A stretch of 64,000 bases of DNA. Origin: an uncultured delta proteobacterium (GTDB lineage: Bacteria > Myxococcota > B64-G9). A program made the translations under genes and the position numbers. The DNA is taken from positions 512,001 through 576,000 of the forward strand of contig CAVWHX010000004.1 in NCBI GenBank assembly GCA_963754925.1, in the 5' to 3' direction. Below the pieces are notes generated by a model that saw only the letters and a list, made by a program, of their open reading frames with translations, made no database searches and was not told the DNA's origin. Below are positions 37,548 to 46,045 of this stretch, piece after piece; position 1 is the stretch's first letter; every line of letters begins with the position of its first letter.

Positions 37548-40123
37548 TGCCGGACCGCCCTTTGTTGCTTTTTCCAACGCCAGAGACCGCCGACCGCTCA
37601 AAGGGACACGGATTCCCCACCCGTGTACATCGGCCTTCTCAAAACAGACAGGGACAACGCCTGTCCCCAATCTTTTCTCAGCTTCGAATGGAATTCAACG
37701 CCCGGCGAGTGGAATTGCAGCAGACTGCAGCTGGAGCAGACCCGGAACAGGTACTGGTAATTGAGACTGTTGGCAGTATTGAGAATTTCTCCAATGCTGT
37801 CAAAAGAATCAATGGTCTTGAGTGGATGGGCGAGATTGAAACCGATGAGATTATACCCGACCAGGACTTCTATGATGAGGGCGACGTAGCCAAAAAGCTT
37901 AGCGGTCGGTTTTATCTCATCATTACCAACCAGCGGGCTCTTGATGAGATGCTCTCGCTATGGCAGCGATATCAGGATGACAATGAAATAAAGTTCCAAC
38001 GGGGCCTCACCAAGTTCCGTGATGTGTTTCTATACCTCAAGGATATTCGCCGCTGGGGTGTTCAGGACCGAATTGAGGAGACCGGCGTACTTGATGCCTG
38101 GCGGGAAGACCTGGCGCACGATGGCGGGCACGCCATCCGTTTTGAAATTGAATTGTGGTTCCGTGGCACTTATGCCAAAAGACAAGAAGCACGAGAACAA
38201 GTCGATGAACTTGTCAGGCAGCTTGGTGGAAGAGTCTTGGATGAATGCATTATCAGCGATATTGCCTACCACGCTCTGCTTGCAGAGATACCCGCAACCG
38301 CTGCGCAACAGATTGCCGGGCATCCAGACGTAGACCTCATCAAGTGCGACAGCGTGATATTCTTTCGTCCGGTCGGTCAAATGGCCACGGGGAAGCGGTC
38401 GGTTGAAGGCAACTTGTCGGATCATGAAGCAAAAGATGCACTGCTCCCAACTGGCGACCCAATTATCGCGATTCTTGATGGACTTCCGCTGGCAAATCAC
38501 AGTCTGCTTGCAAATCGGCTGATAATAGATGATCCGGACGACTATGCTTCGGCGTACACGGTCCCGGACAGAATACACGGCACTGCAATGGCATCTTTGG
38601 TTGTTCATGGCGACCTGAACGATGGAGCACCACCGCTGCCTCACCCCGTATATGTGCGCCCAATTATGAAGCCTATCCACTGGATTGGCTCGCCCCGCCC
38701 CGAGCAGATTCCCAGCGATGTTTTGGTAGTCGATCATATTCACCGGGCTGTACATCGAATATTTGAGGGCGAAGGCACGGGTAATGCCGCTGCTCCAACA
38801 ATCCGAATCATCAATTTCTCTATTGGAGATCCGTGTCGGCAGTTCAGCCAAGTGCTGAGTCCACTAGCTCGGCTCCTAGATTGGCTAAGTGTGAAGTACC
38901 GCGTTCTTTTCGTCATCAGTGCTGGCAACCACTCTCAAGACATCACGACCAACATCCCAGAGGCCGAATACGACATCCTACCGGACAGAGAGAAGGAAGC
39001 CGCCATCGTTAGAGCGCTATACGAAAATGCCCGTCACAGGAGAATTCTCTCTCCTGGAGAAAGCATCAACGGCATTACAGTCGGTGCGCTACACAATGAT
39101 AGTGCCACGGTGAGTCATATCGATCACGCCGTGAATCTGTTTGGGAGCTTATTGCCAAGTCCAGTTTCCGCATTCGGTAGCGGTCACCGTAGGGGAATCA
39201 AGCCTGACGTCCTGTTCAACGGCGGCCGTGTTCTTTATACCAGGCTGCTTGGCAGACCAGTGCACGCAACATTTAAATTCCGGGACATGCGAATTGCCCC
39301 GGGCAACAAGGTGGCCTCACCCAGTGCGCTTGCAGGTGATGTAAACAAAGCCATCTACTGCTGCGGAACGAGCAATGCTGCCGCTTTGATCTCCAGAATA
39401 GCGGCATCATGCCACGACACCCTTGTTAATGTATTTGAGGAACAAGCTCCTGAGATCGAGCTGAGCTCTTACATCGCCCCATTGCTAAAGGCGATGATTG
39501 TTCACGGTTGTTCTTGGGGCGAAATCGGAACTCGACTACAAGACATACTCCAAACACAGGACAATGGACGATACATCCGCAATTGGATCAACCGGTGGTT
39601 GGGATACGGTGTACCGGCCAGCGAGCGTGTTCTGGCCTGCACGGAACAACGGGCCACATTGCTGGGGTTCGGTCAACTAGGCGATGAAGAGGCACACCTG
39701 TTTACTTTACCCTTGCCTCCTTCCCTAGGTGCGCGTCGGGAATGGAGACGCCTCACAGTCACCCTTGCTTGGATGTCTCCCGTGGCTGCAAACACGCAAC
39801 GATATCGCGCCGCGAACTTGTGGTTTGAGGCTGAAAGCGACTCGCTCGCACCCAACCGACAGGATGCGGACTGGAAGGCTGTTCGTCGCGGAACGATTCA
39901 GCACGAGGTATTCGATGGAGACAGAGCAATCGCCATAGCGGATGACGCAAGCCTGACGGTTAAGGTCAACTGCCGCAGTGATGCAGCAAAGATTCAGGAG
40001 CCCGTGGCCTACGGACTTGCGGTATCGCTCGAAGTTGCTGAAGGAATCGACATCGCTATTTATGACGAGATCCGGACGCGCATCATGTCTGCCATCGAAA
40101 TCAGGGCAAGAGAGGTACACTAG
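37547..40123 (+). CDS. S8 subtilase family peptidase, IetS-like
   Basis: Catalytic triad motifs ILDG, HGTAMAS, GTSNAA; oxyanion SAGN; IKPD, LGYG; no signal peptide. Confidence 0.9.
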   Translation: MPDRPLLLFPTPETADRSKGHGFPTRVHRPSQNRQGQRLSPIFSQLRMEFNARRVELQQTAAGADPEQVLVIETVGSIENFSNAVKRINGLEWMGEIETDEIIPDQDFYDEGDVAKKLSGRFYLIITNQRALDEMLSLWQRYQDDNEIKFQRGLTKFRDVFLYLKDIRRWGVQDRIEETGVLDAWREDLAHDGGHAIRFEIELWFRGTYAKRQEAREQVDELVRQLGGRVLDECIISDIAYHALLAEIPATAAQQIAGHPDVDLIKCDSVIFFRPVGQMATGKRSVEGNLSDHEAKDALLPTGDPIIAILDGLPLANHSLLANRLIIDDPDDYASAYTVPDRIHGTAMASLVVHGDLNDGAPPLPHPVYVRPIMKPIHWIGSPRPEQIPSDVLVVDHIHRAVHRIFEGEGTGNAAAPTIRIINFSIGDPCRQFSQVLSPLARLLDWLSVKYRVLFVISAGNHSQDITTNIPEAEYDILPDREKEAAIVRALYENARHRRILSPGESINGITVGALHNDSATVSHIDHAVNLFGSLLPSPVSAFGSGHRRGIKPDVLFNGGRVLYTRLLGRPVHATFKFRDMRIAPGNKVASPSALAGDVNKAIYCCGTSNAAALISRIAASCHDTLVNVFEEQAPEIELSSYIAPLLKAMIVHGCSWGEIGTRLQDILQTQDNGRYIRNWINRWLGYGVPASERVLACTEQRATLLGFGQLGDEEAHLFTLPLPPSLGARREWRRLTVTLAWMSPVAANTQRYRAANLWFEAESDSLAPNRQDADWKAVRRGTIQHEVFDGDRAIAIADDASLTVKVNCRSDAAKIQEPVAYGLAVSLEVAEGIDIAIYDEIRTRIMSAIEIRAREVH

Positions 40124-40140
40124 ATGTAAATGAAAATTGC

Positions 40141-40203
40141 GCATGACAACCGGTTGCAGCGGACGGACCGCTGCGCGTCCCACCGCTGAACTTTTCGTTA
40201 GTT
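40141..40203 (+). other. Integron attC site 2 (63 bp; R'' AAC changed to GAC)
   Basis: GCATGAC-5 nt-GTT[G]CAGC...GCTGAAC-5 nt-GTTAGTT; R'' complements the cassette-start GTTATGC at 6 of 7 bases. Confidence 0.85.
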
Positions 40204-40231
40204 CTCAACCAAGCATAAGGAACATTTATCA

Positions 40232-40933
40232 ATGAAGAGAATTGGTATCATTGGCGGCATTGGCCCGGAATCGACCGTAGACTACTACAAATTGATTATC
40301 GGAGCTTTTCATGCAAAGCACGCAGATCTAGGCTACCCGGAAATCATTATCTACAGTGCCGACGTATCAAGTCTCATGAAAATAGTTGAGGCAAAAGATT
40401 GGGTAGGCCTCACGGATTGGCTGCTTGAAAAAGTGATTTCGTTACACAAGGCGGGCGCCGAATTCGCCGTCATCGGCGCCAATACTCCCCATATTGTTTT
40501 CGATAGAGTGAGCTCACGATCACCCATACCAATGCTGAGCATTATTGACGAGACACGAAAGAATGCAAAGACAAGAGGTCTCAAGAGACTTGGTTTGTTG
40601 GGCACAAAGTTCACTATGGAATCGGACTTGTTTAAGAAGCCTTTTGGAGACGACGGCATGGCGGTCGTGGTTCCTGATAAAGAAGACCGGGAGCTTATTC
40701 ATCATAGGCTATTTTCTGAAATCGAATTAGGCATCATAAAAGATTCAACCCGGGAAGAATTACTGTCCGTAGTAAAGAAAATGATCGCGCGATATTCAAT
40801 CAATGCTTTGATCCTTGGCTGTACCGAGTTGCCGTTAATCCTAAACAAAGACGAATTTGGAATTCCTTTTTTAAATACGACGGCTATTCATGCGCAAAGC
40901 ATCGTTAACTATTGTATCGGAAAAGAAGCCTAG
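40232..40933 (+). CDS. Aspartate/glutamate racemase family protein (cassette 3)
   Basis: IGIIGGIGPESTVDYY, ANTPH, LLGTKFTM, ILGCTELP. Confidence 0.92.
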   Translation: MKRIGIIGGIGPESTVDYYKLIIGAFHAKHADLGYPEIIIYSADVSSLMKIVEAKDWVGLTDWLLEKVISLHKAGAEFAVIGANTPHIVFDRVSSRSPIPMLSIIDETRKNAKTRGLKRLGLLGTKFTMESDLFKKPFGDDGMAVVVPDKEDRELIHHRLFSEIELGIIKDSTREELLSVVKKMIARYSINALILGCTELPLILNKDEFGIPFLNTTAIHAQSIVNYCIGKEA

Positions 40934-40972
40934 CATTGCTTTCAGCCAGACGCTGCTAGCGCTGGGGTCTGG
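40928..40972 (+). other. Degenerate attC-like remnant
   Basis: GCCTAGC at the stop codon followed by TTTCAGC and a CCAGAC/GTCTGG stem; no GTTRRRY end. Confidence 0.35.
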
Positions 40973-40981
40973 AGGAGAAAC

Positions 40982-41152
40982 ATGTCCATAGCGGCCGATA
41001 TCGTTGTTGCACTCGTCGCGCTACTACATATCTACTTCCTGGTGCTCGAAATGTTCCTTTGGGACAAACCAATGGGTTTACGAACTTTCGGCCAAACAAA
41101 AGAAAATGCCGCGGTCTCCAAGGTCCTGGCCACAAACCGCGCCATTTTATGA
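40982..41152 (+). pseudogene. Truncated DUF1304 family membrane protein
   Basis: MSIAADIVVALVALLHIYFLVLEMFLWDKP...KVLATN then diverges and stops at 56 aa, where the family continues NQGLYNGF; GGAGG RBS. Confidence 0.7.
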
Positions 41153-41175
41153 CACTAGGAGAGTAGGACCTTAAC

Positions 41176-42108
41176 ATGCTTAGTTACCTTAAGACCACCA
41201 TTAAGAAGATTCCAATACTTAATAAAATTGTTTCGGAGCTTCATAAGTTGTATTCGGATCTTGTTGCCCTAAGGAAAAATCCGCGCTTCGTACCACCCGG
41301 TCATTTCTATTCTCCAATCCCTTCATTGGACGAAGTACGGAGGGATGAGGTAAAAATTTTCGGAAGTGTTCCATTTAATATATCGGGTCTCGAACTTCAT
41401 GAGGAAGAACAGCTCAAGCTCCTTAATAAATTTGTTGCATATTATAAGGAGATGCCCTTCCAACCACAAACGCATGAAGGGTTGCGTTATTACTACGAAA
41501 ACCCGTATTATTCGTATTCTGATGCTATTCTGTTGCATTGCATGATCAGATACTTGAAGCCAAAGAGAATCATCGAAGTAGGTTCTGGTTTTTCATCTTG
41601 CATGACACTGGACACAAATGATTTGTACTTCGATGGTTCAATAGCGACCACTTTTATTGAACCTTATCCTGATATTTTCATGTCCCTCATCAAAGACACA
41701 GATAAAGGTACGATTAAGACGATTCCGGCCCGTTTGCAGGATGTTGACCTCGCTCAATTTGAGACACTTCAAGCGAATGACATCCTATTCATCGACTCGA
41801 CACACGTCAGCAAAGTAAACAGCGACGTGAATCGTATCTTCTTTGAAATATTGCCGAGACTATCTTCAGGTGTTCATGTTCACTTCCATGACATCTTCTT
41901 TCCGTTCGAGTACCCAAAGGCTTGGGTATATGAAGGACGTGCATGGAACGAAGCATATCTTTTTAGAGCGTTCCTACAATACAACAAGGAATTTCGCATG
42001 GTACTCATGAATACGTATATGGAACATTATCATGAGACGTTTTTCAAACAGAAGATGCCGCTTTGCCTGAAAAATACTGGTGGAAGCATATGGATTCGCA
42101 GGGAGTGA
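41176..42108 (+). CDS. Class I SAM-dependent methyltransferase (Methyltransf_24-like)
   Basis: PGHFYSPIP, IIEVGSGFSS, LFIDSTH, HFHDIF, WNEAY. Confidence 0.88.
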   Translation: MLSYLKTTIKKIPILNKIVSELHKLYSDLVALRKNPRFVPPGHFYSPIPSLDEVRRDEVKIFGSVPFNISGLELHEEEQLKLLNKFVAYYKEMPFQPQTHEGLRYYYENPYYSYSDAILLHCMIRYLKPKRIIEVGSGFSSCMTLDTNDLYFDGSIATTFIEPYPDIFMSLIKDTDKGTIKTIPARLQDVDLAQFETLQANDILFIDSTHVSKVNSDVNRIFFEILPRLSSGVHVHFHDIFFPFEYPKAWVYEGRAWNEAYLFRAFLQYNKEFRMVLMNTYMEHYHETFFKQKMPLCLKNTGGSIWIRRE

Positions 42109-42218
42109 GCATCGAAATGAAAAGGAGGTCAGGATACTTGGCTGTTGGATTGGCGCCGTGCTCCGGCCCGACAACCAGTTGTGTCATAATTCAAACCAAT
42201 ACGAGAAGGAGGTACACC

Positions 42219-42764
42219 ATGCGTAATTTGTCCATGATGTTGCTAACAACCTTAATTTTGGCCGTTGCTTTCAGAGTTTCTGCAGACACGAAAAATATCG
42301 TAAGAACAACTGTTGTCGACGATATGCGAATCGAATTAACTATCTTGCCGGCAGAACCGTTTTTCACCAGTGATGAAGTCGCTCAAAAAAATGTCAAGGA
42401 AGGGATGTTGATAATCGGCGGCGCGGAACCGCTATCGCCCGAGGCGGATATGCATCCCAACCACCATCTCGTGGTGCATGTATTCGACGCGAAAACAGGC
42501 AAGGCGATGACTACCGCCAACGTGACCATGAGCTTTCAACATTTGAATGCCAAAAGAAAACCCATTGGAGAATCGGTTAATGTTCCCGTGGTTATCATGC
42601 AAGCCATTGGAAAAGGGACTGAATCAACACACTACGGCAACAATGTGGTAATGCCTCCGGGGTTCTATTCCATCAACCTCGTGGTCGATGGCAAGAAGGC
42701 GAGTTTCCGAGTAATAGTTCCTAAAGAAGCAAGCAAGCCTTCTGGTACCATGCACATGCATTGA
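42219..42764 (+). CDS. Exported His/Met-rich metal-binding protein (P19/FetP-like motif)
   Basis: Signal peptide, HHLVVH, HYGNNV, terminal MHMH; AGGAGG RBS. Confidence 0.6.
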   Translation: MRNLSMMLLTTLILAVAFRVSADTKNIVRTTVVDDMRIELTILPAEPFFTSDEVAQKNVKEGMLIIGGAEPLSPEADMHPNHHLVVHVFDAKTGKAMTTANVTMSFQHLNAKRKPIGESVNVPVVIMQAIGKGTESTHYGNNVVMPPGFYSINLVVDGKKASFRVIVPKEASKPSGTMHMH

Positions 42765-42851
42765 GGCGTCTGTTTTCACTATTTCATTCCCCAAAACAGG
42801 TGCCTGTCTCTTAGAAAACTGAATCGTGTTGTGACGAAACAACTAATAGTA

Positions 42852-42884
42852 TGGAGTTATACAGAAACTATAGAATAACTTGTT
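42852..42884 (+). repeat. attI-like 33-bp sequence copy 2, fused directly to the pfp 3' duplicate
   Basis: Identical to 35673-35705 and ends at GTT. Confidence 0.9.
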
Positions 42885-42948
42885 GCTGCTCGGAGAACTC
42901 AACGAATTCGGCGCGCTCGACCTCAGTAAACGGGTGCCGAAGAAATAA
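42885..42948 (+). repeat. 64-bp direct repeat copy 2 (attR-like)
   Basis: Identical to 34927-34990. Confidence 0.97.
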
Positions 42949-43022
42949 CCACGCAATTCGATAGCATAATAGTTCGGTATCGTATGAAAACGTACGAATG
43001 GTCAGAGGTCGGCCTGCGACCC

Positions 43023-44510
43023 TTACTTATATAAGTAAAGGAGATTGTCTGAAATATTTTGGGATCGATCGGCACCGTTGACCATGATGGTAATGTTCCC
43101 TTTATTGTTCAAGTTGGAGACAAGCTGGATGTCTTTTGAGTTGTATGCCCCATTTATATTATAGCCAAAAGTATACGTGTTAAGAGACATGTCAACAGTG
43201 GTTATACCGTAATTCAACAAAACAGACGACTGCCATACACTGGGCAAACCTCCAGGCAACACCGCATTGCCAAGAATTATATCATTGAATCCCGGAGTTA
43301 TTATCTTCCCAGAGAAGGAGTTGGCTGATTTATTAAGATACCCGATCCTACTCAGAAATTCGTAATAGGTTCGTACTTCAATAGATACATCACCATCCCA
43401 GTTAAATCTAATAATCGGCTGGGGCGCAACTAAATCCAATGCATTGTTATTGAACCTTATGTTATCGCCCAGAAACCACACTCCCGTTGCATCGTTCGCG
43501 TAAACGATGATCTTTATGTACTTCGTGGAATCAACCGAACTCACCGAGTATTTCCCCTGGGAGTTGATAAATGAAAATCCGGCAAAACCTGACTCCCGGC
43601 CGGTCTGAGGGTCATAATATTTGACCACGACCAACCCGCAACTCTGAGGCACCTGCTTGTATGGTGCCAGACCTCTATTCACAATCATGCCCCCGATATT
43701 AACATACCTGGGCCAGCTCAAGGACTTGAATGTGGAACCGCTAAGCCACTGATAGACCGTGGCGATAGCATTCTGGTCGTTGTGTACATTAGCATGGTCA
43801 AGACCGACAAAAAGTTTATTGGTTACATTGGCACTAGGAAGGACCGCGGTGCTAAATGCCCACACAGGGCCGTACTGGGTATCGTATTCTTTAGGATTGG
43901 GACTATTGATGTTTGAGTCGGAATCGGAGCTAAGCGCATAGTATTTTATATTTTTCGGCAACTTTTCATCGCCGGCCACACTTTTTAGAAAGTAGTTTAT
44001 TGTGTTTAGATTATAGGATCCGGATACGTTGGCATATCCGGAAATGAATACAACCTTTCTCACCTTTGAGGCCACGGCGGCATACGTTGGATTGGTTAGC
44101 AGAAGCCTGATCAAAGCTGTCCCGTTGCTGTGCCCCACGAGATCGACCTGGCTGGCACCCGTATTTTTCAACATGTCTTGAATGGCATTTATCAGTGCAG
44201 GGAGATTATAGATGACATTTCCGGTATGATTCCAGAGATTGGGATCATAAGGAGATGAGGTGTCCGTATAAGGCCAGGCATAGTCTGTCGGATCTCCGAA
44301 GAAGGCAACCCCGATCCTCGGAACCAACATGGCATTCATCCTGACTTCAGGAAACCCCTGAGCGGCAAAGTTGGCATACATGTTGTAATACGTGAGCCCT
44401 GGGCCCCCGTCCAACCCATGGATGAAGATGACCGGCGTCGGCTGAGCATCGGCATAAGCCCTAAACTGAACTGCTAGGAACAGAAACAAAAATACCACAA
44501 TCTTTTTCAT
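43023..44510 (-). CDS. Secreted alpha/beta hydrolase (lipase-like) with C-terminal beta domain
   Basis: Signal peptide, PVIFIHGL, VDLVGHSNG, GLDH; AT-rich. Confidence 0.8.
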   Translation of the reverse strand: MKKIVVFLFLFLAVQFRAYADAQPTPVIFIHGLDGGPGLTYYNMYANFAAQGFPEVRMNAMLVPRIGVAFFGDPTDYAWPYTDTSSPYDPNLWNHTGNVIYNLPALINAIQDMLKNTGASQVDLVGHSNGTALIRLLLTNPTYAAVASKVRKVVFISGYANVSGSYNLNTINYFLKSVAGDEKLPKNIKYYALSSDSDSNINSPNPKEYDTQYGPVWAFSTAVLPSANVTNKLFVGLDHANVHNDQNAIATVYQWLSGSTFKSLSWPRYVNIGGMIVNRGLAPYKQVPQSCGLVVVKYYDPQTGRESGFAGFSFINSQGKYSVSSVDSTKYIKIIVYANDATGVWFLGDNIRFNNNALDLVAPQPIIRFNWDGDVSIEVRTYYEFLSRIGYLNKSANSFSGKIITPGFNDIILGNAVLPGGLPSVWQSSVLLNYGITTVDMSLNTYTFGYNINGAYNSKDIQLVSNLNNKGNITIMVNGADRSQNISDNLLYLYK

Positions 44511-44920
44511 AAAGAATCTCCTCTCGTAAAAGTTATATTTTCACCAGCGCATTCGATACGGACGCCAGATGAAAATCTTTTGGTGTAGGCAAACAGATGC
44601 ACCTTTGATTCCCTTGGTGCCAGACTTCTACAGCATCTCGGCAAATTTAGTGTCATAATGATAGTGAATTTCTTTCAGGTCAATAACTTTTTTCCATCGT
44701 TCCCTTGATCAGGGATAAAGTCACCCATTGACACGGGAGGGGCAATAATACGAACCTGATTACCCAACGAAGCAATCCAGCCGACGTCTTGCGGCCGCGG
44801 CGTGGTGATAGGAAAAACAGACGGTATGTCGTTGACAAGAGGCAAGCAAGCCTAATCATTTGTTTAACAAACGGCTGCAGCGAATGGAGCACTGCCGCTG
44901 AGCCTTTAAGGAGGTTTCCC

Positions 44921-45178
44921 ATGAGTAATTTCGAAGAAGTCTTCAATCGATCGGGTTTCTCGCGATTTATCAACAGTCAGGCGGGCCGTATCTTTCGTTT
45001 GGTGGCCGGCGTAGCATTCCTTGTGGTTGGCTTTATGTATCGGCACCATACGCTCGGCGTGCTGTCTATGATATGGAGTGTTTTCCCCTTGAGCGCTGGA
45101 GTGTTTGACCTTTGCTACTTCAGCGCTTTATTGGGCGGTCCGCTATCTGGCGCAAAGATTCGCGATAAGTACAAATAA
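44921..45178 (+). CDS. DUF2892/YgaP-like small membrane protein
   Basis: GRIFRLVAG, two TM segments, FDLC; AGGAGG RBS. Confidence 0.7.
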   Translation: MSNFEEVFNRSGFSRFINSQAGRIFRLVAGVAFLVVGFMYRHHTLGVLSMIWSVFPLSAGVFDLCYFSALLGGPLSGAKIRDKYK

Positions 45179-45207
45179 CTTGGCCACGCCGTACGAAATG
45201 ATAACGC

Positions 45208-46041
45208 TTACGACAGATCCATGGCGATATCGACCGCCGGGGCGCTGTGGGTAATGGTGCCGACCGAGACAAAGTCCACGCCGGTTTTCGCAACGGCCCG
45301 TACGGTCTCGAGCGTGACCCGACCCGAGGCTTCGAGTTTTGCTTGCCTGTTGACCAATCGGACCGCCTTGACCATGAGCGCGGGCTTCATGTTGTCGAGC
45401 ATGATTATATCGGCGCCGGCCGAAAGCGCCGCGCGCACCTGCGCGAGCGACTCGGCCTCGACCTCAATCTTCACCTTCGGTCCGACTCGCTTACGGGCGG
45501 TCGCGACCGCGCGTTGAATCGACCCCTGCGCGACAATATGATTGTCCTTGATGAGCATCCCGTCGAATAACCCCATGCGATGATTGCTCCCGCCGCCGGC
45601 GCGCACCGCCGCCTTCTCGAGCGCGCGCATCCCGGGCGTGGTCTTGCGAGTATCGAGCAGTCGGCAGCGTGTTCCGCGTAGTTCCTTCACATACCGGCGG
45701 GTCAACGTGGCCACACCTGAGAGATGCCGGGTAAAATTCAGCGCGGTCCGTTCGCCGGAAAGTAACGCCTGCAGTGGACCGGTGACGACCGCGAGCGTCG
45801 CGCCGCTGCGGACAGCCGCACCCTCTTTCACCCGGGATTTGAAACGACAGCGCGCATCCAGCCGTGCGAAAACCGCAGCGGCAACGTCCAAACCGCTTAC
45901 GACCAGGGGTTCGCGGGAGATAAAACGGGCCCTGCCGCGATCGCTTTCAGAACACAGCGCCTGTGACGTCAGGTCACCCGCGCCCACATCCTCCTGCAGC
46001 GCAAGGTCTATAAGCATGGAGAGCTGCGCACGCGGATCCAT
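45208..46041 (-). CDS. nadC: Quinolinate phosphoribosyltransferase
   Basis: ED..GDLTS, ERTALN, DTRKTTPG, HRMGL, IKDNH, IMLDNM, EASG. Confidence 0.97.
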   Translation of the reverse strand: MDPRAQLSMLIDLALQEDVGAGDLTSQALCSESDRGRARFISREPLVVSGLDVAAAVFARLDARCRFKSRVKEGAAVRSGATLAVVTGPLQALLSGERTALNFTRHLSGVATLTRRYVKELRGTRCRLLDTRKTTPGMRALEKAAVRAGGGSNHRMGLFDGMLIKDNHIVAQGSIQRAVATARKRVGPKVKIEVEAESLAQVRAALSAGADIIMLDNMKPALMVKAVRLVNRQAKLEASGRVTLETVRAVAKTGVDFVSVGTITHSAPAVDIAMDLS

Positions 46042-46045
46042 GAGG

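Larger units (their letters stand above)
34927..42948. mobile_element. About 8-kb island flanked by a pfp 3'-end duplication and containing an integrase-less integron cassette array
   Basis: Perfect 64-bp flanking direct repeats, AT-richer genes, attC sites, duplicated attI-like site; no recombinase ORF recognised inside. Confidence 0.75.

Noticed and set aside
35673..42884. 33-bp repeat as a CRISPR repeat
   Set aside because: Only two copies 7 kb apart, no spacer periodicity and no cas genes.
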